64,000 bases of DNA from Bacteroidota bacterium (GCA_016717325.1 JADKFV010000054.1:76599-140598), one strand, 5' to 3'. Counted from the stretch's first letter, positions 50,641 to 63,486 are shown. Numbers and translations: made by a program. Notes: a model not told the origin generated them from the sequence alone.

Positions 50641-53600
50641 CTACCTAAGCAAATCAACTGTCCCCGAAAATTCATGGGCTTTGCCACCTTTAGTCACTAC
50701 TTCCAGGCGGTACACATACGTTCCTTCGGGTGCAGGATTGCCACCAATATCGAGTCCATCCCATGGTTGAGTAAACTCTGTAGTTTCATACACTTTACCA
50801 CCCCATCTATTATAAATTACCATTCGGTACGATTGCACATTGGCAATATAATCGCTGGTAAAAAACGAATCGTTTTTGCCATCATTATTAGGTGTGAAAG
50901 TATTAGGTATCCAAAGGGGTGTAATCAGTATTGTTTCTTTATAAGTATCCTGACACCCCGAAATATTTAATACTGTTAAGGAAATAACATGCTCTTTGGC
51001 CTCTTTGAAAAAATGTAGCGGATTCTGCTCTTCAGATTTTTCGCCATCGTCAAAATTCCAATACCAGGCAACAGCGTGCTGTGATAAGTCAGTAAACTGT
51101 ATTTGTGGATTTAGGAAAGTTGCTATGTTTGGCTTACAGGTAAATTTAGCAATAGGGTCGGCAGGGTAATCAACTAATATGCTCGTACTGTCTGTGCTTG
51201 AGCAACCCCAGGGACTGGTAACAGTTAGAATAATTGTATAAGTACCCGGCTTACCATAGTCGTGCACCGGTGCAGGTATAGTGGATGTTCCTCCATCGCC
51301 AAATTGCCACTTGATTGTAGAACCCGGATCGGCTTGCGACTGGTTAAAAAATTGAACCCTCAATGCCCCGCAAATAACTGCTGAGTCGTAAAGAAATTTT
51401 ACAATTGGATATTCATGATTACCAACTACAACAGGTGCCGATGTTGCTGTGCAACCATTGGTATTGATAACAGTGACTATATACGTTCCGGAAGAATTTA
51501 CATTTATGGTTTGTGTGGTTGCACCACCAGTCCATAGATATGAACTGCCTGTATTTGCTGAAAGCGATACGTTACCTCCGGCACAAAAATGCAATGGACC
51601 ATTTGCAGCAATTGTAGAAGTGGCATATAGCACTGTTAGCGTAAATGGAGAAGATGATCCTGTGCAACCATTGGCATCGGTAACGGTTACAATATAGTTG
51701 CCTGCAACTCCGGTTGTTAGTGTTGAGTTTGCTGAATTATTAGACCAAATGTAAGATGAAAAAGCACCGGTAGATAAGGTAGTAGTAGCCCCATCGCAAA
51801 TTGAATTGATTCCAGTAATCACCGGAACCGGCAAAGCATTTGCAACAACTGAAAAAGATGCAGTGCCCGAACATCCGTTGATATCTGTAACCGTAACCGT
51901 ATATGTTCCGGTAGAATTTACGTTCAGTGTCTGATTGGCATTTCCATTATTCCATTGGTAAGATACATAGCTGCCGGGGTCAAGCACCGTTGATGTTCCC
52001 TGACATATACTCGGCAACCCTGTAATAGTTGGTGTTGGCAAAGCATTTATAACTAAAGTATATGAAGCAGAATTTGTACATCCGTTATTATCTGTAACCG
52101 TAACTGTAAACGTTCCACTGCTATTAAGATTAATTGTTTGTGTGCTGCTGCCATTACTCCATGCATATTGCACAAATCCTGCACCGGCATCGAATACAGT
52201 GTTGTTTCCCTGACAAATACTATTCACGCCTGATATGTTTGGCTGTGGCAAAGGATTTACTGTCAATGGCAATGTAGCTGTTGCTGTGCATCCATTGTTA
52301 TCCGTTACTGTTACCGTATATGTTCCTGTTGCATTAGGGTTGATAGATGCTGAGTTTGCTCCTGTATTCCAAACATAAGTTGCATACCCATTGCCTGCAT
52401 TAAAGGTTGTAGGTGTGCCCTGACAAATTACAGTATTACCTACTATAACCGGAGTAGGGTTTGCATTTACCACTAAAGTAAAACTTGCAGTTCCTGTGCA
52501 CCCGTTTGCATTGGTAACCGTAACCGTAAACGTTCCTGAATTAACTGTATTCAATTGCTGAGTGGTATTGCCATTTGACCAGGCATACAAGGTGTACCCT
52601 GCACCAGCGTCAAGTAATGAATTTGCTCCCTGACAAATGCTTGCACTGCCAGTAATACTTGGAACAGGTAAAGCATTTACAGTTATTTGGGTAGTGGCTG
52701 TGTTAGTACACCCGAAATTATTAGTAACCGTAACAGTATACGTTCCTCCATTGCTGATAGTAATATTTTGTGTTGTGCTTCCATTGTTCCATACATAAGA
52801 ACTAAAACCTGCACCACCATCTATTACAGAATTTAAGCCCTGGCAAAATTGCATAGTGCCAGTAATCACTGTACTTGGATTTGGATTAACTGTTAACGAA
52901 TAACTTGCTGTGCCGGTGCAACCATTTAAATCTGTGACTGTGACTGTATAAGCTCCTGATGTGCCCACATTAATTGTTTGTGTAGAGTTTCCATTCGACC
53001 AATTATATTGTGAATAGCCGGCTCCTCCGTTGAATGTTGTATTTGCACCCTGACAAATTGTATTAATTCCTGTAACAACCGGTACAGGGTTGGCATTGAC
53101 AGTAACATTTATACTTGCTGTATTGCTGCAACCATTTGCATCCGTAACGGTAACGGTATAAATTCCACTTGTAGTTGGATTAATCACCTGAGAAGTGCTG
53201 CCATCGGACCAGGCATAAACAGTATAACCGCCTCCTCCGTTTAAAGTGGCTGCGCTACCTGAACATATTGAACTTACCCCTGTTATTGTTGGGTTTGGCA
53301 AAGCATTTACCGTAAAAGCAAATGAAGCCGTACCTGTACATCCATTGTTATCCGTTACTGTTACTGTATAGTTGCCAGTTGCGTTTGCACTTATTGTTTG
53401 GTTTGTACTACCACCATTCCAATTGTAGCTTAAGTAACCTCCGCCACCATTCAATATTGATGAAGCGCCCTGACATACCGATGCAGTGCCTGTAATGCTC
53501 GGTGCAGGATTTGCATTTACCGTAAGTGTATTGCTCGAAGTGCCGCTACAACCGTTTGCATCGGTAACCGTAACCGTATACGTACCAGAACTGTTTATGT

Positions 53601-55802
53601 TTATTGTTTGCGTTGTGCTACCATTCGACCATGAGTAATTGGAATATCCGGCACCACCGTTGAAAGAGGTACCGCCTCCCTGGCAAATAGTATTTATTCC
53701 TGTGATGGCTGGTGTAGGATTATTATTTACCGTAACAATTACCGATGCCGTACCGGTGCATCCACCCGAAATAGCAACTGTAACTGTATATGTTCCTGAT
53801 GTAGTTGGATTAATTACTTGTGTAGAATTACCATTGCTCCACAAATAACTTAAGTATCCTCCGCCAGCATCGATATTGGCAGCGGCTCCTGAACATACTG
53901 TTGAAAGCCCTGAGATAGATGGGGTTGGATTATTCACCACATTCAATACCGTAGTAGTAGTTCCGCTGCAGCCATTGGCATCGGTAACAGTAACGGTATA
54001 CGTTCCGGGCAAATTAAAATTTTGGATTTGTGTTGTTACTCCATTACTCCAAACATAACCATTGAAACCGGCACCGGCATTTAAATTTGCGGAGCTTCCT
54101 GCACAAATATTTGTTGGGCCTGTAATAGTTGGGGTTGGATTTGGATTAATGGTCATCAATACTGATGTGGTTCCGGTGCAACCGTTTGCATCGGTAACGG
54201 TAACGGTATATGTACCAGATGCAGCTGGCGCAATTGTTTGCATCGTTGCTGCGTTACTCCACAAGTAATTGCTAAATCCTCCACCGGCATTGAGCGATGC
54301 CAATCCCCCTGGCAAATAGTACTTACACCTGTAATAGCAGGTATTGGATTAGGATTAATATTAAGATTTACACTTGCTGTGGCAGTGCATCCTCCGGCCT
54401 GAGTAACCGTAACAGTATAAACTCCGGCAATAGCAGCCGATATATTTTGTGTAGTAGCCCCGGTAGACCAAATGTAAGCTTGCCCCACATTCGCCTGCAG
54501 GTTGGCAGCAGCACCGTTGCACAAAGCCGTGGGGCCTGTAATGTTGGCAACAGCATTGCCTATTGTTACCGATACCGGTAAAGATACAGCACTGCATCCT
54601 CCAAGATTTGTAACAGTAACAGTATACGTTCCGGCACCATTCACTAATACACTTTGAGTAGTGGCACCATTGCTCCACAAATAATTATTGCCGTTATTTG
54701 CAACCAAAGCAACATTACCACCCGGGCATAAACTTAATGAGCCATTGGGGGTAATTACCGCGGTAGGAACCAAAGTGGCTACATAAACAGTTGTTGTAAA
54801 AGCAAAGCATGAAAAATTTGGATTACTTACAAATGCAGAGTATTGGTTAACTACCCCTATTGGCGGAGAATTTACTACAATACTTTGTGTTGTTGCACCT
54901 GTGCTCCAGTTGTAATTGCTGGCAGAGTTGAGGTTGAGGGTAACCTGGCCTCCCACGCAACCATAAATAGTATCGTTGTTTGCTACAGCTACACCATTAG
55001 CAAATAAATTAATTTGACCTAAACTCGAAAAACTTCCTCCTTCGATAAATACAGCTGAATTAAACACATGATCGCTCACATCGGCAATGGCCAGTTTAAT
55101 ATGATATGTTTCGCAAGGTTGCACTGCGCTTTTTGCAGTAAGCACTGTAGTAAAAGCATCGAGGTATATGCTTGGTCCATTAATATTATCAACAAAATAA
55201 TTACAATTTGTGCAAGGCCCCGATGATAATCCGGGATATGGCCCACCATTGTTTACATTATTGATTGAAACTGCAGTTGTTGTATTGGGTACTACCGCAA
55301 TGTTTTTGATACCAACAATTCCAGGTCCACTTATGAAAAATCCAAAAACATCATTGAAAGCAGTATTTACATAATCGTTGTATTCTTCGCTGCCAAACAC
55401 ATACCTAAACTGAACCGAGTCGGATGCGACCGAAAAGTCAAATTCTAAAACTGCGGCATCGTAAGTCACCTTTGGCGATACAATAATATCCAGATCAGGA
55501 TCGCCATTTCCATTAGTATTCTCGCTTGCAAAAGTACCTAAAGCCGAACCCGATTGCACAGCATCACCCGATGAAAGTGTAATGCCGCTTGTCATTCCTA
55601 AATTTGTGTTGGGAGAAGTAAAAGTTCCTTTGCCGGGCGCTGTGCCTGTATAAACAACATTCGAAATAGTAACTCCTCCTCCTAAAATTGTGTTTACAAG
55701 TTGGGTAGCGGTAACACTGCTGTTAACATTTAATTGTGCCGATAGTCGGGTACAATTTATTAATGAGAAACCAAACAAACTGAGTAAAAGTGCCTTTTTC
55801 AT
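50641..55802 (-). CDS. Giant (~1720 aa) cell-surface adhesin with about 20 Ig-like (SprB-type) repeats and T9SS type-B CTD; split into 54156..55802 and 50641..54315 by a 1-nt frameshift at a C5/G5 tract (54305..54309)
   Basis: Signal peptide MKKALLLSLFGFSLINCTRLSAQ at 55802. Repeating units of the form GTYTVTVTDANGCTGTAS. The C-terminus IPNTFTPNNDGKNDSFF...YNRWGGKVYE...GTYVYRLEV is a type-B CTD. The upstream ORF ends STICQGDWH..., whereas the expected STICQGGLASLNAGGGF is restored by one extra G. Confidence 0.8.
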
Positions 55803-55959
55803 TGCGATAGTTTTTTGTGCGTTTTTTTTGTTTTATGTTGTGTGTTATTTACTAAAATAGTTTGAACAATTTTAGGCTACTAAAGTATGTATTAAAAGAC
55901 GTAAAAACAATGATAAAAGTTGTAAGGCAGGAAATTTTAAAAACAAAGAGGTGTTTTAA

Positions 55960-56658
55960 TTATCTGAACTTCGATTGCGTTACAAAATCTTTGAGGTAAA
56001 AGGGCTCGAAATATGCAAGGTTTTCATACTCTTGCTTTAATAGTTTGTTATGCGCCAAAACAGCCATACCGGCTGCATTTGGGATAAAATTTTCTTTTAC
56101 AATTATAGATGCCTTTTCTTTTAAAAAAGATTTTATTTTAGGCGCTCCATCTCCAAAAAAATGCAGGTCGAATTTATTTTCATATTCCAAAAAACTATCT
56201 TCTTGTAAAACCAATGCATTTACCTTGACAATTGTTTCAAAATTTTGGTTGTAAACAGCTGTATAAACCTCCATTCTGCGGGCATCTATCATAGGGATAA
56301 ACAATGTGTTTTGAGGATGGATGAGGCTTGATTTATTTTCAATATAATATTGATGTGCATATGAAAGTAAAGTGTCAATGGCAATCAATGGTTTATCAAT
56401 GGCAAAGCATAAACCCTTGGCAGTGCTCACTCCTATTCGTAATCCGGTATATGAGCCGGGCCCACTGCTCACCGCTATAGCATCCAGTTTATCAAAATTA
56501 ATTCCTGCATCCTGAAGCACCTCTTTAATAAATACATTGATAACTCCGGCATGTGCCTTTTGTTTGGTAACCAAGCGTTGTGCCACCACTTTATCTTTCA
56601 GTGCAAGGGCAATGCAACAGGTTTCGGTTGCGGTTTCTATTAATAAAATGTACGACAT
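55960..56658 (-). CDS. tsaB: tRNA threonylcarbamoyladenosine biosynthesis protein TsaB (YeaZ)
   Basis: 232 aa. MSYILLIETATETCCIALA ... SGPGSYTGLRIGVSTAKGL is the conserved TsaB/Kae1-like N-terminal fold. Confidence 0.85.
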   Translation of the reverse strand: MSYILLIETATETCCIALALKDKVVAQRLVTKQKAHAGVINVFIKEVLQDAGINFDKLDAIAVSSGPGSYTGLRIGVSTAKGLCFAIDKPLIAIDTLLSYAHQYYIENKSSLIHPQNTLFIPMIDARRMEVYTAVYNQNFETIVKVNALVLQEDSFLEYENKFDLHFFGDGAPKIKSFLKEKASIIVKENFIPNAAGMAVLAHNKLLKQEYENLAYFEPFYLKDFVTQSKFR

Positions 56659-56795
56659 GATGGTTGCAAATAAACAAATCGAAACATTGAAAAGGAAATT
56701 TAAACATTCACACTTTTCAATTTATAAAACGGAATCAATCATTTTTGCTTCGGATATTTACTTTAGTATATTTGCGCCCCGAAAAGGAAAAAAGC

Positions 56796-57677
56796 ATGGC
56801 AAATCTCAAAGAAATAAGAATTCGAATAGCCTCGGTAATGTCGACACAACAAATTACCAAGGCCATGAAAATGGTATCGGCAGCAAAATTACGCAGGGCA
56901 CAAGATGCAATTGTACAAATGCGACCTTATGCCGGCAAGTTGCGCGAGATAATCGAAAATGTATCCTCATCGCTCGATAGTAGCAGTGGCGGTGCTTTTG
57001 CTGCTCAACGTAAAGTGGAAAAAGTGCTTATTGTTGCCATCACTTCCAATCGTGGGTTGTGTGGTGGTTTCAACTCAAATATTATTAAAGGTGTGAACAA
57101 GCGCATCAATGAAGAGTTTGCTCCACAAGCCAAAGCCGGCAATGTAAAAGTGTTGAGCATTGGTAAAAAAGCATCGGAAAGTTTTTCGAAAAAAAGCAAT
57201 ATGAGTGTGGGTGATTACAATACAGTATATGCCGCCCTTACTTTTGATAATGTTGCTCCTATTGCCGAAAAAATAATGGCCGATTTTGCAGCAGGTAATT
57301 ACGACCGTGTAGAGATTGTATACAACCTATTTAAAAATGCTGCTGTACAATACGTTACTACCGAGCAACTATTGCCAATTACTCCACCTTCGAAAAACGA
57401 AAAAAGCAAGGCCGTAAACGATTATATTTTTGAGCCTTCAAAAGAGCAAATAGTTACCGACCTTATACCCCGTTCTATTAAGACACAACTTTACAAAGCA
57501 TTACTCGATTCGCACGCCAGTGAGCATGGTGCACGTATGACTGCCATGAGCAAAGCCACCGATAATGCGCAGGAGTTGTTACGCGATTTACGCATCAACT
57601 ACAATAAAGCACGCCAGGCTTCAATCACCAACGAAATTCTCGAAATTGTTGCCGGTGCCGAAGCATTGAACGGATAA
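56796..57677 (+). CDS. atpG: F0F1 ATP synthase subunit gamma
   Basis: 293 aa from MANLKEIRIRIASVMSTQQITKAMKMVSAAKLRRAQ. The C-terminus ends ITNEILEIVAGAEALNG. The 17-codon extension in the ORF track is unlikely. Confidence 0.9.
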   Translation: MANLKEIRIRIASVMSTQQITKAMKMVSAAKLRRAQDAIVQMRPYAGKLREIIENVSSSLDSSSGGAFAAQRKVEKVLIVAITSNRGLCGGFNSNIIKGVNKRINEEFAPQAKAGNVKVLSIGKKASESFSKKSNMSVGDYNTVYAALTFDNVAPIAEKIMADFAAGNYDRVEIVYNLFKNAAVQYVTTEQLLPITPPSKNEKSKAVNDYIFEPSKEQIVTDLIPRSIKTQLYKALLDSHASEHGARMTAMSKATDNAQELLRDLRINYNKARQASITNEILEIVAGAEALNG

Positions 57678-57997
57678 TTTTTATTCGCACATTTTACACG
57701 GATTTTTTTTGCGACTTTTTCAAAGTTTGTGGTATCACAAGTACTATCAATTTATTGGATGGGTTGAAATTCATATTTAGAAAATTGAAAACTTCCCAGC
57801 GTCTATTGTTTCTAAATGAACCTTACGACTCAAAATCCCCAACTCGAAAAAATAATACTCAGGGTGAATAAAATGGTTTTCACAAATTGAATTGATTAAT
57901 TATTCAAGTGGGTGGAAGCTTAAAACAAAGATTAAAAAGTATGTATTAAAAAAAGACCTATCTTTGATAGTAATGACAAGTCTCAAAGATTTCAACA

Positions 57998-58738
57998 ATG
58001 AAAATTAATATAAACAGATTTATTGGATGCATCACTTCAGTAGCATTCATGTCATCGTGTTCACCATTGTATTATGCACCCAGCAGCCCAAACATGCCAA
58101 TGATGATTGATAAAGGTGATATTACCGGCAATATTTATATAGGCAGAGGCGATGATGTGGATGTGATGGGAGCAAGTGCCGCATTCAGCCCTTTTAAAAA
58201 TATTGGTATCACAGGATCTGCATTCTCGGCTCAATCAATACAATCATCGGAAAGTACCAATAATGGATATGGCAGCTCCTACGATTTTGGCGCTTTGTAT
58301 TACCGACATTTATCGCCTCATATATTATTTGATTGTGTTGCCGGTTATGGTTTTGGCAAGTTGCATATAAATGCTGATTATATAGGTGCTTATGATTCCG
58401 GCATAAAAAGATGGTACATTCAACCAAGTATTTATGGCCGAAAAAATAATGCTGAAATAGGAATAGCCATCAGAGTACTCAAATTAAATTACAACCAACC
58501 ATTTTTGTTTCGTGGTAGTCAGGTAGAAAATGCGCCAAACGATTCTAGTTATTTTTTTATGGAACCTACCTTGAAAATTGGAGTTGGACTTAAGCACTTT
58601 AAATTCTTTGCTCAAGGAACATTTGCAGGAAATGTTTTCAATTCTCCTAGTTTAAATTATTCAGTTTTTAATGCAATTATTGGTGTCACTTTTTTTATAA
58701 ATTCCAACCTCGGCAAAAAAAATAAAGATGCCCAATAA
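57998..58738 (+). CDS. Hypothetical outer-membrane lipoprotein / small beta-barrel protein
   Basis: 246 aa. Signal with lipobox-like VAFMSSCS. Alternating aromatic/aliphatic strands and a C-terminal GVTFFIN. Confidence 0.45.
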   Translation: MKININRFIGCITSVAFMSSCSPLYYAPSSPNMPMMIDKGDITGNIYIGRGDDVDVMGASAAFSPFKNIGITGSAFSAQSIQSSESTNNGYGSSYDFGALYYRHLSPHILFDCVAGYGFGKLHINADYIGAYDSGIKRWYIQPSIYGRKNNAEIGIAIRVLKLNYNQPFLFRGSQVENAPNDSSYFFMEPTLKIGVGLKHFKFFAQGTFAGNVFNSPSLNYSVFNAIIGVTFFINSNLGKKNKDAQ

Positions 58739-58996
58739 AAAATTTTGCTGAAAAAGATTTAAAAGTCTTCGCTCACATTTTATGATAAAAAATAAGCCTT
58801 AGATTTTTGAAACAAAATCCTGATCTATTTTTTCAATCAAAACTTCCGGCAACATTACCGCTCATAAACTCATAACTACCGTTCAAACAATTTTTCTGCT
58901 AATCGCCTTTTTTTGATATATCATTGCACCTGACTGAGCCAAAGCTCGCCCACAGTCGACAATATATTTATTAAAAAAAATTAAAAAATTCACAAA

Positions 58997-61900
58997 ATGA
59001 AGAAGATCAAATCTTTACAAAAATTATTTTTTGCCTTAATGTCAATTGGCATTATATGGCACAGCACAGCAAACGCCCAAAAACAGGTGTTTCCATCGCC
59101 TTCTACTAATGGTGCAGTATACACAATTAGCGAAGACAGCACCAACGTATACGTTGGAGGTAGTTTTTCGCAGGCCGGAACAGGACTATTTAGCAACGCC
59201 CTTACAGACACTTCGGTAAACTCCAATTTCAACTTCGACTCGTTATCAATAAAAGTAAATGGCGAAGTAAATGTTGTTATTTCCGATGGTGCAGGAGGAT
59301 ATTATGTAGGAGGAAGTTTTACTGCCGGAGGAAAACAAAATCTTATTCGTGTAAATTCTTCGAAAGCTATTATTGCCACATTTACTCCCAACCCAAATGG
59401 TGCCGTATATGATTTGAAGTTGGTAGGCAACCGCTTGTATGTCTGTGGAGCATTTACAATAATGTCGGGTGTAACACGCAGATACATTGCCGCCATCAAC
59501 AAATCGACAAGTGCAGCCCTACCTACCGATCCCAATTTAAATAATGCTGCTTATGATTTAAAATTAATTGGTGATACCTTATACTTTGGCGGAAGCTTTA
59601 CTACCGTTGGTACTACACAACAATCGGGTATAGGTGCTTTAATTGCAAGTACAGGGGCCAATGTTACAATTAACTCTATCGATGGCCCTGTATATTCCAT
59701 AGCCGCAGATACTATCAACAAAGAGTTGTATTTTGGTGGATACTTTAATAGTATAGGACAAAATAAACGTGGTTGTGCAAAAATATCTTCTACCACAGGT
59801 CTTTCAAATCCATCTTTCCCGGGTGTAGTAGGAACCATATATACTTGTATCACCGACAGTAATGGAGGTTGGTACATTGGAGGCAGTTTTTCGTCTACTG
59901 TTGGTGCAAGTAATCTGGCTCACATTACTTCGGGCAATGTTATTGATGCAGCATTTAAGCCCAATCCAAACAGCACTGTTTATGCGCTTGCGTTAACAGG
60001 CTCAAAACTTTATGCCGGAGGTTCGTTTACATCCATTGGTGGGCAAGCCCGTTTGCGGTTAGTTCAATTAAACAAAACTTCGGGGGTGGTTCAAACCTGG
60101 GATCCGGGTTGCGATGGCACTATATATTCTCTTACACTAAATGACACTTTGATTTATGCTACCGGGCAGTTTAATACTGTGAATGCAGTAACGGTTCTCA
60201 ACTATGCCGCTATAAATGTTGCCAACTCAAAGGTTTACAGGTCGGTGGGTACTAACGGCATTGTTCGTACATCAATTCAAGATGCTAACAACTTATATTT
60301 GGGCGGTGCGTTTTCTTTGATAGGCAAGCCAACAGCAGGTATAGCATCATATACAACTACCAACTCAAATCCAAATCTTAATTTTTATGGCATCAATGGA
60401 ACTATAAATGCTATCATAAGTGATGGCGGCACAGGTTGGTACGTGGGCGGATATTTTACTGCCCCTAATGGATATACGCACCTTGTGCACATATTAGCAA
60501 GTGGTGCTGTGGATGCTGCATTCGATCCCAATCCAAACTACACTGTAAATTGTTTATTGCTTAATGGAAACAACTTGTATGTTGGGGGAAGTTTTAATCA
60601 AATAGATTTACAAGCACGGTCGTATATAGCAGCAGTTAACAAAGCCACGGGGCATTGATTCCTGCGTTTAATGTTACTTTAAATAATAATCCGAATTGCT
60701 TTTTATTATCGGGCACAAACTTATTAATAGGAGGAGAATTTACTACTATTAATGCCGCAACCCGCAACAGAATAGGTTCGGTGGCATTGAGCAATGGAAG
60801 TGTACAAACATGGGACCCTAACAGCAACAGCGCGGTATATACTTTGGTATTGAATGGTACAACTGTATATGCAGGCGGAGCGTTTACTAATATTGGTGGT
60901 TCGGCACGTAATTATATTACCGCATTGAGCACTACCACAAACAATGCAACAGCATGGAATCCAAATTGCAATTCATATGTTTATACATTGGCGCTTAGTG
61001 GCACTACTTTATATGCCGGAGGAATATTTACAACCATAAACGGACTTGGCCGTAATCGCGCAGCAGGTATCAACATTAACAATGCAAGTATCACGGCTTT
61101 CAATCCCGATTTAAATAATTATGTACGCGCTATAAATATTTCAGGTACAACTATTTTTATTGGCGGACAATTTACCACTGCAGGTGGGCAGCCACGATAT
61201 TATTTAGCCTCGTTTTCTACTGCCGGTGCTGTTCAGGCATGGAGCCCAAATGTGGATAATTACGTTTATACTATAGGAATAAATGGAACTAATGTGTTGG
61301 CTGGTGGCAGTTTTAGATTATCGAATTTATTGGCGCAAAACGCCTTGGTAAAAATTGCCAAAGCAAATTACACTGCAACTACTTGGAACCCAAATGCCAA
61401 TGTAGGTGCTGATGTTTATGCAACAGCGTTAAACGGTACGGTGTTATACGTAGGTGGAACATTTTCGAGCCTTGGTGGTGTGTTGCGCAGTAACTTAGGT
61501 GCAGTAAATACAAACAACAACAACGCTACCACATGGAACCCGGCACCCAATAGCAGTGTGTATAGTTTGCATTTCAAAAGCAATTTGATATATGTAGGTG
61601 GGGCTTTTACCATTATCAATAACACAGCTCGAAATTATGTGGCCGCAGTAAACAATACCAATGTATTGCAAACGTGGAATCCGGCTCCAAATTATTACGT
61701 GCGTTCTATCGGAACATACACTACCGATGTTGCGCTTGGTGGCGAATTCACTTTTGTAAATAATATTTTCCGCACAAATTTATTGGCTATGAAGCACAGC
61801 GATTTTTCCATAAAAAGTTACAACGCTGCAATGCCAAGTGGACAAATATATGAGCTATGGCACGATGGCAGTAAACTATATGTTGGCGGTACATTTAGCC

Positions 61901-63414
61901 AAATTGGTGGACAGGCACGCGCCAATTTAGCATCGCTCAACCTTACAAATGGAAATGCTTCGTCATGGAATCCAATAGTAAATAGCCCCGTATACGATTT
62001 GGTAAGGCAGGGCAACTACATTTACATAGGTGGGCCTTTCACACTGGTAAATAATGTTGCACGTAGTTATGCTGCGGCAATTGGTATTTCAGGCACAGGC
62101 ACTTTATCCAATTGGATGCCTCAATATAATAATACTGTAAACTCTATTTTCCCATTCGAAAATAAACTTTGGGTGTCGGGTAGTTTTACATTAGGTCATG
62201 TTTTCAAGTGCACAAATTTATTCTCGTATCAAAAATCGAATGGTAACATTCGCACCGCATTTGCTCCGGCAATAAATAGTAGCGTATTTGCCTCGGTGGT
62301 AAGTGGTACCAATCTTTATATTGGCGGTCAATTTACTGTTGTAGCAGGTTTAACACGCAATCGTTGCGCTGCATTAAGTACTACAAATGGGGCACTCAAA
62401 AGCTTTTTGCCCGACCTCAACAGTTATGTGTATTCGCTTGCACTCAACGGCACCACATTGTATGTTGGAGGAATATTTACTACTGCCAATGGCCAAACGC
62501 GCAATCGCTTGTGTGCCTACAACACGGCAAACAGTTCACTCAAAACTTTTAATCCCAATTTAAATAATGCCGCATATGCATTGCACATTAGCGATTCGTT
62601 GCTTTATGCCGGAGGCTCGTTTACAACAATTGGTGGTGTTACGCGCAACCGCATTGCTGCCTTCAGCCTTGCCAACGATGCATTGAAGTCGTGGAATCCC
62701 GATGCTAATAGTGATATCCGTGCTTTTACAAATTACAACAATACTATTATTGCCGGAGGATACTTTACTACAATAGGAGGGCAGCCTCGTTCTTATCTTG
62801 CAGCAATAAATAAAGGCAACAACAATGCAACAGGATGGAATCCATCGTTGAATTATATTTGTCATTCGTTGGCTATACGCGGTACAACATGCTATGCCGG
62901 TGGCGATTTTACTACAGCCAATGCAGTTGCTGTAAATCGCTTTGCTTCTATCAACGTTAGTACAGCAGCAATAGGAAGTTTTAAGCCTAGTTTTCCAAGT
63001 ACGGTGTATGCTATTACTTATGGCGCATTCCCGGATTCAACAATGAAGGTAGGAGGCAATTTCGCTTCTGTTAGCGGTTTGCCACAAATAAATTATGTGA
63101 ACTTCAGTTTCAAAGTTGGTGCAGCACCATTTGCTCGTGAAGATGATGAAGTAGTACTTTCTAATGCGAACAGTACACAGGAAATAAAACTTTACCCCAA
63201 TCCGGTGAGTGATGTTTTATTCATAGAATCGAATGTTGACGAAGATACTCAAATACAAATATTAAACTTAAACGGACAGGTGGTAGCAGCGTATACACTT
63301 ATGGTTAATAACTATACAAAATCGATTCCTGTTGGCGATATACCTGCAGGTGTTTACATCATCACTATGACAAATACTCAATCAACCAGTACCGGAAGAT
63401 TTATAAAAAGATAA
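58997..63414 (+). CDS. Giant (~1470 aa) secreted beta-propeller-like repeat protein (~45-aa repeats LYxGGxFTxIGGxxRxxIAAxNxxTG...WNPNxN) with T9SS type-A CTD; split into 58997..60658 and 60655..63414 by a frameshift at a G4 tract (60645..60648)
   Basis: Signal peptide MKKIKSLQKLFFALMSIGIIWHSTANAQ. The first ORF ends ...YIAAVNKATGH*. The next frame continues ALIPAFNVTLNNNPN, in register with the repeat consensus. One extra G joins them. The C-terminus KLYPNPVSDVLFIESN...AGVYIITMTNTQSTSTGRFIKR is a type-A CTD. Confidence 0.8.
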
Positions 63415-63445
63415 GGGCGTTTTTTCCATTACTATTCTCTTGGAA

Positions 63446-63470
63446 GCGGGCTGCATAGCCCGCTTTTTTT
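63446..63470 (+). terminator. Rho-independent terminator
   Basis: GCGGGCT-gcat-AGCCCGC followed by TTTTTTT. Confidence 0.7.
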
Positions 63471-63486
63471 GTGCCTTTTTATTTGC

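Noticed and set aside
51449-54268. Plus-strand ORFs inside the giant adhesin (51449..51697, 53639..54268 and others)
   Set aside because: They are antisense to a long, clearly coding, repeat-rich gene, with no independent support.
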